Under the pieces are notes generated by a model that saw only the letters and a list, made by a program, of their open reading frames with translations, made no database searches and was not told the DNA's origin. The translations under genes and the position numbers were made by a program. 64,000 nucleotides of DNA from Eledone cirrhosa. Its lineage: Eukaryota. The DNA is taken from assembly GCA_964016885.1 (NCBI GenBank), contig OZ024740.1, forward strand, positions 391,530,001-391,594,000. Direction: 5' to 3'. Below are positions 52,091 through 64,000 of this stretch, piece by piece. Within the stretch, counting starts at the first letter, position 1; each line of letters opens with the position of its first letter.

Positions 52091-53370
52091 ATGAATCGGA
52101 ATGTAACCCGTGAACTTTTTCCTGGGCAAAATTATTCGAACAGACATGACCTCATTGCCAGAGTTTTCAAACTGAAACTGGCTAAACTCATGGCTTTAAT
52201 CAAAAAGGGTCAGGTATTTGGGGCTGTAAAATGTGACATGTTCACCGTCGAATGGCAAAAACGAGGGCTGCCACATCCTCACATTTTGATTTGGTTAGCT
52301 GATAAAATCAATTCAAATGCCATAGACAGCTTCATTTCGGCTGAAATCCCTAACCCAGCAACTGACCAGGAATTACTTGACATCGTCAAAGCTAACATAG
52401 TCCGTGTGCGTTGGGTCCTAATAAGCATCACACGTGTCTGAAGGGGGGGGGAGGGGTCGTGCAGTAAGGGATACCCCAAAAAATGTGTTGACCAGACTCA
52501 GACTGGTGGCGACGGGTACCCCCTGTACAGGCGAAGACGGCCCGAGAACGGTGACTTCACCACAACAGTAAAGGGAGGTCTAGTCGACAATAGATGGGTG
52601 GTCCCTTACTGCCCGCTTCTCTTGAAGATGTTCAACGCCCACATCAACGTTGAGTTTCGCAACTCCGTCAAGTCGATAAAATACATATGCAAATATGTAA
52701 ATAAGGACTCTGATGCCGCAATGTTCGCATTTCAAGCTGAAAATAGCAGGGACGAGGTCACAGAATACTTGGCGGGGCGGTACATCAGTAGCAATGAAGC
52801 TTTTTGGCACCTATTTGGTTTACCCCTACGCCAACGGCACCCCGCCATCGTACAGCTTGCGGTACATTTGGAAAATGGGCAAAGGGTTTACTTTACGGAC
52901 CAAACCGCCACCAAGTTGGCCGCCGATCCGAAAGAGACCACTCTGACGGGTTTCTTCAAACTTTACCAGTTCGATACATTTGCGCAAACAATTGTGTACC
53001 CCAGGTTCCATCCTACTTTATATGATCGAAAAACACTTGGGTGCGAAGAAGTCAGGTCAGGCTGTTGAAAGACATCCTGGTGTAAAATTTTACAGCTGTC
53101 TTGGAGGGTTTACACTGTGCCCCCAAGTCAGCATGATTGATTTCATCTCCGCCTTCTTCTGCATGAAGTTGTAGGCCCACAAAGTTTTCAGGACCTCAAA
53201 ACTGTTGATGGAGAAATATGTGATACGTACCGAGAAGCCTGCTTTAAGTGAGGTCTTTTGGAAGATGATTCGTAATGGGATTTAACTTTAGCAGGGGGTG
53301 CTTTTTTGAAATCACCTAAAGGTCTACGGGAACTCTTTGCCATTTTGCTTCAAAAGTGTGAATTGAGTAA
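52091..53370 (+). pseudogene. Helitron Rep (HUH endonuclease) fragments
   Basis: VEWQKRGLPHPHILIW (HUH-region motif), AHINVE, KYICKYVNK (catalytic Tyr motif), RYISSNEA. Frameshifts and stops. Confidence 0.9.
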
Positions 53371-53926
53371 CCCCCCCCCCCAATAACCCCCCCCCCAATA
53401 AAAATGGACCCCCCCCCAACCCCCAAATAAAAAACGGATCCCCCCCAATAAAAAACGGACACCCCCCCCCCCAATAAAAAAACCGAGCCCCCCCCAATAA
53501 AAAACCGATCCCCTCAAATAAAAAACGGACCCCACCAATATAAAACGCTCCCACCCACATAAAAACGGACACCCCCCCCACATAAAAAACGGATTCCAAA
53601 TAAAAAAACGCACCCCTCCCCCCCAATAAAAACGGATCCCCCCAAATAAAAAACGGACCCCCAATAAAAAACGGCCCCCCCATAAAAAACGGACACCCCC
53701 AATAAAAAACGGTTTCCAAATAAAAAGCGCCCCCTCCCCCAAAATAAAAACGTCCCCTACCCCAAAATAAAAACGCCCCTCCCCCATAACAACGGATCCC
53801 CCAATAAAAAACGGATTCCAAATACCCCCCCCCCATAAAAAACGGATCCCCCCCATAAAAAACGGACTCCCCAAATAAATAACGGATCCCCCCAATAAAA
53901 AACGCCCCCCCCTCAATAAAAAACGC
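53370..53926. repeat. ~20-23 bp C/A-rich minisatellite (CCCCCAATAAAAAACGGAT-like)
   Basis: About 25 imperfect units located between CELSNP and GTGKT of RepHel. Confidence 0.85.
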
Positions 53927-55208
53927 TCATGGGGTACCGGAAAAACTTTTGTAACGAAATTGATCCTCGCTATGATTCGCCAGGAGAAAAAAGTTGCGTT
54001 GTCCGTTGCATCGTCCGGGATCGCTGCTACTTTGCTGCCGGGAGGCAGGACAGCACATTCAACCTTTAAACTCCCTTTGGATTTAATAAAAACTGAGACA
54101 CCAACATGCAATATCAGCAAGAGTTCATACAAAGCTCTGGTTCTCAAAAGATGTTGCCTCATTGTTTGGGATGAGTGCGCAATGGCACACAAGGGTGCCC
54201 TTGAGGCATAGGTCGGGACCCTGAAAGACATTAGGGATTCTACGGCTCCTATGGGTGGCGTAATCCTTCTGCTCTCAGGGAATTTTCGGCAAACGCTTCC
54301 TGTCATCCCCAAAGGGACAAGAGCTGATGAAGTGCGTGCCTGCCTTAAGTCGTCCATGTTGTGGTTCCAGGTGAAGAGTTTGTACCTGAGCACAAATATG
54401 CGTGCTCATTTGCATGGTGACAACATGTCTTCAGCATTTGCTCAGAACATTTTAGCACTTGGTGAGGGCAAGGTCCCTGCTGATGACACGGGCGGCATAG
54501 CAATCGACTCCCTGTGCAAGATTGTGAGAAGCCCTTCTGACCTTTGGGAAGCAGTTTTTCCTGATGTCTCATCTAACTTTAAAAACCTCAATTGGCTCAG
54601 CGAAAGAGCCATCCTTGCTCCGAAAAATACCATGGTTAATTTTATTAACGAGCAGCTGATTGAGAAGATTCCCGGTAAAGAGCACATCTTCAAATCTATC
54701 GACCGAATGTCAGAACTCGAGGATATCGTTAATTATCCGGTTGAGTTATTAAATTCCCTTGAGCCCCCAGGGATCCCACCTCACATTGTTAAGCTTTGGG
54801 TTGGCTGTCCCATTATGCTAATAAGGAACTTCCGTCCACCAAAGCAGTGCAACGGCACTCGCATGGTCGTCAAGTCACTGACACCCCATTTGATTGAGGC
54901 CACCATTGTAACGGGGGTGCGGAAGAGGGGAGAATGTTTTCATTCCAAGGATGAACCTTTTCCCCTCGGCGTCAGATATCCTGTTCGATTTCCGGCGATC
55001 CCAATTTCCGGTGAGACCATGTTTTGCCATGTCCATTAACAAGTCACAAGGGCAAACATTGTCGGTGGCGGGCATCCATTTGGGGGAGCCATATTTCTCC
55101 CATGGCCAACTTTATGTTGCCTGTTCCCGCGTAGGCAGAAAGAATGGACTTTTTGCTTACACTCCTCAAGGGATGACACGCAATATCGTCTACAAAGAGG
55201 TGCTATAG
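53927..55208 (+). pseudogene. Helitron Pif1-family helicase
   Basis: GTGKT, ASSGIAATLL, GRTAHS, DECAM, FRQTLPV, FAMSINKSQGQT, HGQLYVACSR. TAG at 54209-54211 and a frameshift near 54915. Confidence 0.9.
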
Positions 55209-55522
55209 ATGTTGGTGCAGGTGTTGGAGCTATGCCGTCTGGAACACTATTTCCTGGTAGGGTATCCCATGGCGGACAGATCTGACACCCAGCGGCATCA
55301 GGGCCACCATCTTGCAACTTTGGTCTACTAAATTCGGTATTGGAAGATTATTAACCCATCATTGATTGTCAAAAATGCTAATTGGTTCGTAACTTTTAAT
55401 AACCGGTTCAACTGCTTTATGCACTTAATTGATAAGCTTATTCGCTTTCAAGCCACGTTTACCTGTATGTAACTTTTCATAGCAAATGAACAAACCCGAG
55501 CAATGCCGGGCTAAACTGTTAG

Positions 55523-55555
<33 letters not shown>

Positions 55556-55575
55556 TTATTAAAATAACAGATTAA

Positions 55576-55626
55576 AGTTTAAGCAAAGAATCGCTGCTTT
55601 CACCCTTAACGGGATCTTCTGAAACT
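55576..55626 (-). ncRNA. Hammerhead-like motif with CAGAAGA core (3' pLTR)
   Basis: AGUUU-CAGAAGA-u-CCC(guuaa)GGG-u-GAAA-GCA(gcgauucuu)UGC-UU^AAACU. Confidence 0.65.
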
Positions 55627-56578
55627 AACAAAGTCAATCTGTAAACGCAGAACTGGATATTTAAAAAAACGTTGCAACCGGAGGAAGACAGGAAGACGAT
55701 ACTTTGGTTCGTCGAAACGTTCGCTGGATAAGAACGGGAAAAAACGAATATAATACGTCATTAATAGGAGCGGTGAAAAACAATTACGCGCAAAGACAGA
55801 ACCAAGTTTATGGTATAAAAGAGGTCGTAGACTAATGTTCTCTTAGGTGGTGCATAGAGACGTTCTCTGTCAATGAACAAAAAAAACAAAAAAAAACGAA
55901 AAAAAAAACGAAGATAATACGTCATATGTGGAGTGCGGAGAACAATAGCACGCAAAGACAAAACCACGTAAATGGTATAGCAGAAGACGTAGACTAAATT
56001 CTAACTAGGAGACCGAATGAATCTCCGCTACGGAGTTAAGAACAAAGTAAATAAATACCATACAGTAGTAATAGAAATAAATAAATACATACACGCAAAC
56101 AAATACGTACATACACAAGCATACGCAAAAACTTACCATAGGTAAACAAAACCACGCACATATAAATATGTGTGTGTGTAAGCGTGTATACAAATAAATA
56201 AATAATTATATAAACGTATATAAATAAATAAATACGTATATAACAAGCGCACACACATACCTACATGTAAATACACGAATGTTCGGAGACGTAAGTGAAC
56301 CAAAACATGAAGTACACATATACACACGCCCTACATACGTACGAACCTGCATACTCACACAGAAGCAAAACTCCCGTATACACATAGCCGAACCATATGT
56401 ACCAGAATATATAAAAAAATTATACGCCATAACAATCAAATATACGTACGAGAAGGTATACGTACCTTCACAAAACATACGGATAATATATACTTACCTA
56501 TGCAAATAAGTAAAGGTATAAACAAAACATATACTTAGCTCCCACATCGAGACGTAAAATATCCACGTTTAGATCGTA

Positions 56579-58702
56579 CTATCCGTTAGGGTATAACGTG
56601 GGGCTGTAATACAGGAAAGTTTTGTGCAATTTATGTTTACAAGCCGAAATTGCCTCAGATTTTTTGTTTAAGATGTGGTCTGTGGCGTAGAGTATTTCCA
56701 GGGCCTCAGCGGCGCAGAGGTCACATGGTCTTTTATTTCCGTTATACGATCTAGCCCTAGCTAAGATCTCCCAGTGTAACTTATATTGGGTGTGGTTGTC
56801 TTTTAGACTCCAGATACAAGCTGTAAGTGACGTCATATTCCTTCTTAGAGGGTAACGAAAAGAATGGGTATGCATGTAAAGACGCTGCTTGAATCTATTG
56901 GCGGTTAACCCTATGTAGGCCCTACGGGACGTGGGTGTTACAACCTTACATTTGTAGACAATGTTACTAGAGAGGCATTTCCCGGATAGGGGGCAATCAA
57001 CCCGATTCCTACAATTACAGTTAGTACTAACTACAGGGTTGCACGTGTTCCTACGGCTAGGTAGTTTAGCTAAATTTGAAGCTGTGATGTTATGTGCAAG
57101 GTTAGGAGTCGTAGACTAAGACATTTTAATAGTATTTCTATTAAAAATTTTACTATATTTATGTGTAGGGGGAAAATGCTTCGTAATAAGGGAAAGAAAG
57201 ATCTTAGCTAATGGTGTGGCCACCTCCATATTATATGGTGGGTTATACCAACAAATGCGACGGGATCTATTTCTTCTATGTCTATTTTTGTACTCTGTAT
57301 ATGCTACCTTATCGACAAATCCACTTCGAGCAAGAGCTTCATTGTAATATGTGGAATGGTCGTTGAAAATACGCTCATTGGTGGAAAGACGGGAAAGCCT
57401 CAACGAAACGTTTCTTACCAGGTTCTTGGTTATGCTGGCAGGATGGTTGGAATGCTTACTTATGTAATTAAGCGTATCATTCGGCTTTCTATACGGGTAA
57501 TACAACCCATTCAATAAGTTGAGGGTAACGTCGAGGTAATTAACGACCGAGAGATTGGCCTCGACCTGTATAGAGAGGTTGAAGCCTTTAAAGAAGGCTG
57601 TGAGTTCTTTTCTGAACCTGTCGCAAGCACGAGGTCTGCACTTAGTCATGGTCAAAAAACCATCGTCACGGTACAAACCACCGCCCGCGTTGGGGAATTC
57701 GTCCTTGATAGAGAAAAGAAGGAAAAGGCCGATAAGATGAGTAACCTCCGCAGAATCACTGGCGCCCATACTCACGTCGAATGGAGTACTATTGGATTTT
57801 TTAATCCAAATAGAGTCGTCGAAATTAATCACCGACTTTCGGGCATTGAGGATGACATCAACTTCGAAATCACTGTGAGTGTTTTAGCGAAATTGATAGC
57901 TGTAAGGAGAAGTGGTAAAGTGATGGAGGAGTAGTAATTGTTGATGTCGAATTGGATAAAACGGCAATGGTCCTTGTTACATATGCCGTTGCACCAATCA
58001 ATCACCGCGAAGGAATTAATTGTTCCACAGTGCAAGAGGGGCCAAACTTCTAATTTCAGGTATAATTCTATCAAGAATCGTCTTACTAAGTCTACCTAAA
58101 TCGGACTTCGTAGGGTTAATAAGCCGAATAGAGGGGCTGTTCGGAAAATTGGATTTGTGATCCTTCAGGGTAAAGTGGGGAGAAATAGGGTCCAGAGGTT
58201 CGGTCCGGTCCAGGATGTTGAGATCAGATGTGATTTTAAACCCAGCATCGTTGATTTCATTGATGACGCACCGATTAGTTTTACGGTAATCCTTAGTTAC
58301 AGCATTATGTAGTAGTTGATGGTAAGTACTGCGCTCCACTTGATATAGGTTGCCAGTTTTGTCGGAATGGACGTGCACGGCATTAGAATCCTTAATAGAA
58401 CGAATTCTATTCTTCAGGTCCTGCTGGAAGGAATTGCTCCTATTCCGAAATTTGATACTCCGAATGAGTTCCAAGACATCATTTTCGAAGGGTAGCAATG
58501 CTGGGTTACACGGGGGGTTATTATAGGTTTTAAATCCAAATTTATCCTGTTTGATGTCTGCTTTTCGCGGATTATCGAAGTAAAAGGCCCGCCATCGCAA
58601 CCTTTTAATGAACGCGTCTGTTTTCTGTATCAGTTTTAGGTATGTTTTCCTGCTTGGTACGGGTATGTTCTTTGTAGAAATATTCAGATGTTGTTTCTGC
58701 AT
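56579..58702 (-). pseudogene. PLE RT + GIY-YIG endonuclease pseudogene
   Basis: FIQFDINNYYSSI, GGLYRDDG, NYLDVTL, CNCRNRVDCPLSGKC, NIVYKC..AYIGLT, CDLCAAE. In-frame TAG at 57116-57118 and frameshifts near 57850, 58020 and probably 58640. Confidence 0.9.
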
Positions 58703-58856
58703 GATGAATATAAGTCAGTAGAGTGCTCAACCGAGGGAGCCAAATAGTAATAATAATAAATTTGAAGACTAAAATCCAAAGAGGGCTCGATAAGGATAAA
58801 TATATATCAAATATATAAGAACCGTAGAGCAAATATTTATTAAAATAACAGATTAC

Positions 58857-58907
58857 AGTTTAAGCAAAGAATCGCTGCTTTCACCCTTAACGGGATCTTC
58901 TGAAACT
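58857..58907 (-). ncRNA. Hammerhead-like motif with CAGAAGA core (5' pLTR)
   Basis: Same sequence as 55576-55626. Confidence 0.65.
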
Positions 58908-58975
58908 AACAAAGTCAATCTGTAAACGCAGAACTGGATATTTAAAAAAACGTTGCAACCGGAGGAAGACAGGAA

Positions 58976-59044
<69 letters not shown>

Positions 59045-59298
59045 AAGAAGTATGCTAGCGGCCGAACTTTATATCTTAATTAACTAATTACAATCAAGTG
59101 CGCTAATTATATGCAAAATAGTATGCCCATTTCAGAATGATACAAAAGAGTGAATGGGTGTATATACCCATCAAATATATGTTTCCTTGTGGTTGATTGG
59201 ATGATATATACCTCCAATAAGATCTGAAAATCGATTAAGGGTGTTTATACTTTTTTTCAATTGACAGGGATATTTGGTTTCTCTTGTACGTTTACATG

Positions 59299-59392
<94 letters not shown>

Positions 59393-59615
59393 AGACTATT
59401 AAATAAGATATATATAAGGGACTATTAAATCTCTCCCAAGGTAACTCTCTCTTGTGTTGTTAACCTTTATACTCTTCCCTCATTCTACACATCTCACACA
59501 ACTTATACACACCACGCATCTCAACGTACACCCAATTACATCTCTCTCTCCACCACCGGACCTTGTTACCCAGAGATTTACCCATTTGCATTGTCGAGGC
59601 TTCCAAACGACTTAA

Positions 59616-59686
<71 letters not shown>

Positions 59687-59847
59687 ATATAAAGAGATAC
59701 ACAGATACATGCGGACACATACATATACATGAATATATCCACATACATCCCTGAATTAGTGGTGCCAACCTCAACCGATGCTGCTCTATGAATAACTGGG
59801 ACAAAATAATCCGAATGGATTAGATTGATTCAGTATCAGAGCTATAT

Positions 59848-60112
59848 AATACATTATAAAGAAAGAAGAAACATTAGATATAATTAATAAGATATACCAT
59901 ACCCAAATTCCTTCATTACTCCTCGACTAAGTAGTTTCGTGGGTTATTATGCAAAATCACTACATCACAGAGATACAGTATTTTTGTGAGGCTCTGTGAT
60001 GTAGTGTTTTTGCATAATATTCCACGAAACTACTTAGTCGAGGAGTAATGAAGGAATTTGGGTATGGTATATCTTATTAATTATATCTAATGTTTCTTCT
60101 TTCTTTATAATG

Positions 60113-60116
<4 letters not shown>
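59848..60116. repeat. 269-bp fold-back (125-bp arms, 19-bp spacer)
   Basis: Arms 59848-59972 and 59992-60116. Contains the hammerhead 3' half GAAACUACUUAGUC^GAGGAG. Confidence 0.85.
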
Positions 60117-60197
<81 letters not shown>

Positions 60198-60250
60198 ATT
60201 ACACGTTGGGGAAGTCTCGGTTACATACTCGGTCTTTATATAGATATAAT

Positions 60251-60338
60251 CCTCTGACGAAGGAATTTTCTTCCAATGTTGGTTGTCCTAATTTATTGGG
60301 ATCATTAATATTTCTTAAATCCAGAAACTACAGTTAGG
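60251..60338 (+). ncRNA. Type I hammerhead ribozyme with ~63-nt stem II
   Basis: CCU-CUGACGA-a-GGAAUUU..AAUGUUGGU..UCCUAAU(uu)AUUGGGA..AUUAAUAUU..AAAUCC-a-GAAA-CUACAG-UU^AGG, inside a ~220 bp (TA)n-flanked unit. Confidence 0.75.
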
Positions 60339-60605
60339 TATATGACGCGAGTGAAACTTTCTTTACTTTGTTTTACCTTGCATCTTTCCCCTCTTGTGGA
60401 AGGGCTTTGTCATAACTTATGTATATATATATATATATATATATACATAAAGGATTATATGCGAAAGTTTAAAGGATTATATGCGAAAGAATTCAGTCAT
60501 TTGAACTCGATTCGTTTGCAATTATGCCAACGGAAATCATCGTAGTCCTGTAAGTGCAGAGGTTAACCACCAGATTATCAAGACTCATCACTTAGCCATA
60601 TTAAC

Positions 60606-60711
<106 letters not shown>

Positions 60712-61007
60712 GCGTGTGTGCGCGTGTGTGTAAACAAAACCGTTATTGCTCCAATCAGTCTATACACATATATACACTATATACACACACACACACACAT
60801 ATATGCAAAATCCAAGTAGGACCGTCAAACACAAATCCGAACGCAGACACACCCAGAACAAAAGCAATCAATCATCAAATATCCTATTCACAAATAACAA
60901 TCAGTAAACAAAGCCAATATATATATCAGTAAACAATATCAATATCAATATCAATATATATATCAGTAAACAAAGCCAATATATAACGAAGGAGTTGTGG
61001 TAAGGTG

Positions 61008-61183
61008 TAATGTACAAAGGAATAAGAAAGTCATCGGCTCATCCAAGAGTAAGTTAGCACTACTGGAGACCGTCAAAGACGAGCCGATAACGAGGAAGGT
61101 GGCGCATTACTGTGAACTCTACTTAACAGGAAACAGCACCACAGACAGTGGCCTGTCATGGAAGAACTAGATACGGTAGAATG
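61008..61183 (+). repeat. Near-identical copy of RTE-derived segment 47226-47401
   Basis: Direct sequence match. The upstream motif aaaggattatatgcgaaagaattcag is also shared (47172 and 60471). Confidence 0.85.
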
Positions 61184-61344
61184 TATGTATGTATGGTCCC
61201 AGGGACGCCGTATTGACATACAGCGTAAGCTGGGCATTTTAACCATGGTGGAGCCCATCCCTCTCCAGGCCTGAGTACAGCAGATTTCTTCCAGAGAAAG
61301 ATAGAAAGTGAGAGAGAGGAAAATGAGAAAGAGTTATAGAAGAA

Positions 61345-61492
61345 GAATCGATCCCAGTACCACACTGGTACTTTTTTTTATCGACCTCGAAAGGATGGAA
61401 GGCAAAGTTGACCTCGGCGGGATTTGAACTCAGAAAGACGGAACCATAAATCATTCTATCCGACGTTCTAACGACTCTGACAATTCGCCGCT
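61345..61492 (-). mobile_element. SINE (Nin-like core), divergent subfamily
   Basis: ttatcgacctcgaaaggatggaaggcaaagttgacctcggcgggatttgaactcag. Confidence 0.75.
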
Positions 61493-61561
61493 TATATATA
61501 TGTATATATGTGATTGTGTGTGTGTGTGTGTGTATTTGTATGTGTGTGTGTGTGTATGTGT

Positions 61562-61602
<41 letters not shown>

Positions 61603-61614
61603 TAGGTGTGTGTG

Positions 61615-61711
<97 letters not shown>

Positions 61712-61888
61712 TGGGCGGAGGATCCTTGTGAACTCGAGGATATTGTGCTGAAATGTTTCTATCTATTTCAGGATATATATTTTTCTCACACGTACACACA
61801 CACACATACATACACTCACACATACACTCACACACACATACACACACACACACACATACATACAAACACACATACACTCATAACATAG

Positions 61889-62854
61889 AATTTTAACTCT
61901 AATCACCCCAGATCCGTTAAAAATACTATAGTGAACTCTGTTCAAAAACGAATTTCAAGAATTTCATCTAATAAGAATATATTTGATGAAAAAGCGCATT
62001 ATTACAATGAAGCGTTAGGTAGAGCCGGGTATAGAAATAAAATTAAATACATCGATAATAATAATAATATACAAAATAACCAAAATAATAACAACTTTAA
62101 TTATGGTAACAATTTCAACAACCATAATAGAAAATATTACTATAACTCCGAAAGTCGAAAAAGAAATAGAACTAGGAATATATTATGGTTCGCTCCCCCT
62201 TTCTCACTAAATATTAAAACCCCTATTGCTAAACTATTCTTTAAAGCTCTTGACAAACGATTCCCTAGAATACATAAATATTACTCAATTTTTAATAGAC
62301 ATACTATAAAATTAACCTACTCTTCCACCAAAAATTTAGCGCAAAATATTAATAGAATTAATAATAGAAATTTAAAACCTAACCACAATACCAATAATAA
62401 CCCAAGCAATATTCAATCGAATAACTGTAACTGTAGAAATAAATCCAACTGTCCGTTAAATAACAACTGCTTAGCTAAAAATGTAGTTTATAATTGTAAT
62501 ATTAAAACTAATTTATATTCATTTAACTATGTCGGTTCTACCTCTACAGAATTTAAATCCCGCTTCAATAATCATAAAAATTCTTTTACAGATCAAAACA
62601 AAAAATCTTCAACTTCGCTACCTAGCCTATTATGGGACCTAAAACGAGATAATGTTGAATATTCGCTGATTTGGAATATTATTTCATAAGCTACTCCTTT
62701 TAATTCCTCTTCAGAAAATTGTGACCTTTGTATAGAGGAAATATTTTTTATATTAAAGACCAAAAATTCCCTTAATTTAAGGAATAATTTATTCAGTTGC
62801 TGCAGGCATAGATTGAACTCAACGCTTAAATATAAATATAAATTTAAAATGTAG
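61889..62854 (+). pseudogene. 5'-truncated PLE (RT thumb + GIY-YIG)
   Basis: SNHP..RISRISSN, ILWFAPPFS, CNCRNKSNCPLNNNC, NVVYNC..NYVGST..FKSRFNNH. In-frame TAA at 62687, then CDLCIEE..CCRHR to TAG at 62854. An AT-rich repetitive 3' UTR follows. Confidence 0.88.
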
Positions 62855-64000
62855 TTTAATTAATTAAGTAATTTAGTTAATATATCTAACCTGTCGATAA
62901 ATCATTAGATTCCTTCACCTTTTTCATTTTCTTTGGTTAAGTACCCAAATATAAATAAATATAATAAACTATTCTAGAAAAGTTTATCCTTTCAATATCT
63001 TGAATAAAATATACGTAAGATAAATCTCTATACTAAACATATTATTTTAGCTTAAAATATTCTATAATATTTAAAGAGTTTTTAAAACTTTTTAAAAAAT
63101 TTTTGGAGTTGTTGAAATTTTAAAGATTTTTTAAAAAATTTTTTGAAATTTTTTAAGGTTTTTTAAAATTTTTTAAAATTTCTTTATTTTTTATATTTAT
63201 TTTAAAACTTTTTAATATTTTGATATCTGTAGAATCCTTGTTTTTTAAGTTATATTGATATAATATTTTATTTTTTATTAGATTTATTTTTTATTAGATT
63301 CATTTTATTTATTTTTTTATTAGATTCATATTATTTTTTATTTTTATTTTTATTTTTATTAGATTTGTTTTTATTAGATTTGTTTTTATTCAGATAGCTT
63401 CTCATAATTTTTATTAGATTTATTTTTTATTCTGATAGCTTCTCATAATTTTCAAAAGTTTGTCCTTTCAATATCTTGATAAAAATATACGTAAGATTAA
63501 TTTCTATACTAAATATATTAAACATATTATTTTAACTTAAAATATTCCATAATATTTTGGGATATTTTAGTATTTTGATATTTGTAGAATTCGTTTGCTT
63601 TTTAAGTTATATTGATATAATTATATTTCCAAAATATAATCCTTTTGTATTTTATATACTCAATTGTACTATGTTATATGTTAATTATATCTATATACGG
63701 CTAATGTATCTATATGTGTGTGTTGACATACATATACATGTGTTATATGTTTTTTATGATTATATGTCTGTCTGTATATATGCATGAGTGACGCGTGTAT
63801 ACCAATTGAAGATGCACACATATCTATTCATGTATAGCTAAGAATTATAGATGTGAATGTACAGGCTTACACATGCAGTTTTTGATTGCAGATATGCATA
63901 ACTTAACAGCCATAAATGCATGAAAGTTAATCCCATATATTTATATATATATACTAAAAACTTTTAATTTTTAATTAATAACACAGGGAATGTATGGCAA

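Larger units (their letters stand above)
51582..55522 (+). mobile_element. Internally deleted Helitron
   Basis: 5' TC..TATATATAAA start; 3' hairpin CCCGAGCAATGCCGGG then TTAG|T; RepHel fragments inside. Confidence 0.9.
55553..58977 (-). mobile_element. Penelope-like element (Naiad-type), near full length, in (TA)n
   Basis: 144 bp direct repeats at 55553-55696 and 58834-58977, a disrupted RT-GIY-YIG ORF, and a ~880 bp 3' UTR. Confidence 0.9.

Noticed and set aside
53370-53926. CRISPR-like appearance of short periodic repeats
   Set aside because: No unique spacers, no cas genes, eukaryotic context.
55695-55726. GACGA..TCGTC-GAAACGTT hairpin on the plus strand
   Set aside because: Lacks a CUGAnGA core and is antisense to the element.

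Overview
AT-rich, microsatellite-dense animal genomic DNA, very probably octopus or another coleoid cephalopod (inferred from the SINE families, not verified). I found no host gene exon; nearly all short ORFs are translations of (TA)n/(CA)n/(CT)n tracts. The window is a stack of mobile elements: two near-full-length Penelope-like elements (PLEs, Naiad-type RT plus GIY-YIG, 13.3-16.4 kb and 55.6-59.0 kb) and a third 5'-truncated PLE; a near-intact Tx1/L1-clade retrotransposon sitting in (TATC)n; a deleted Helitron preceded by a 1.45 kb inverted copy of its 3' half; R4-like, RTE-like and Helitron remnants; tRNA-derived SINEs and a MITE. The main hidden signal is non-coding. About 18 type I hammerhead ribozyme (HHR) motifs from roughly 10 families, all folded by hand, lie in PLE terminal repeats and in short non-coding, (TA)n-flanked, often fold-back elements. 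They include a tandem array predicted to release a 659-nt self-cleaved monomer (retrozyme/circRNA-like), a PLE hammerhead with a 70-nt insertion in stem II, and a family with a CAGAAGA (U4A) core variant. All folds and alignments are by eye and need computational and experimental confirmation.
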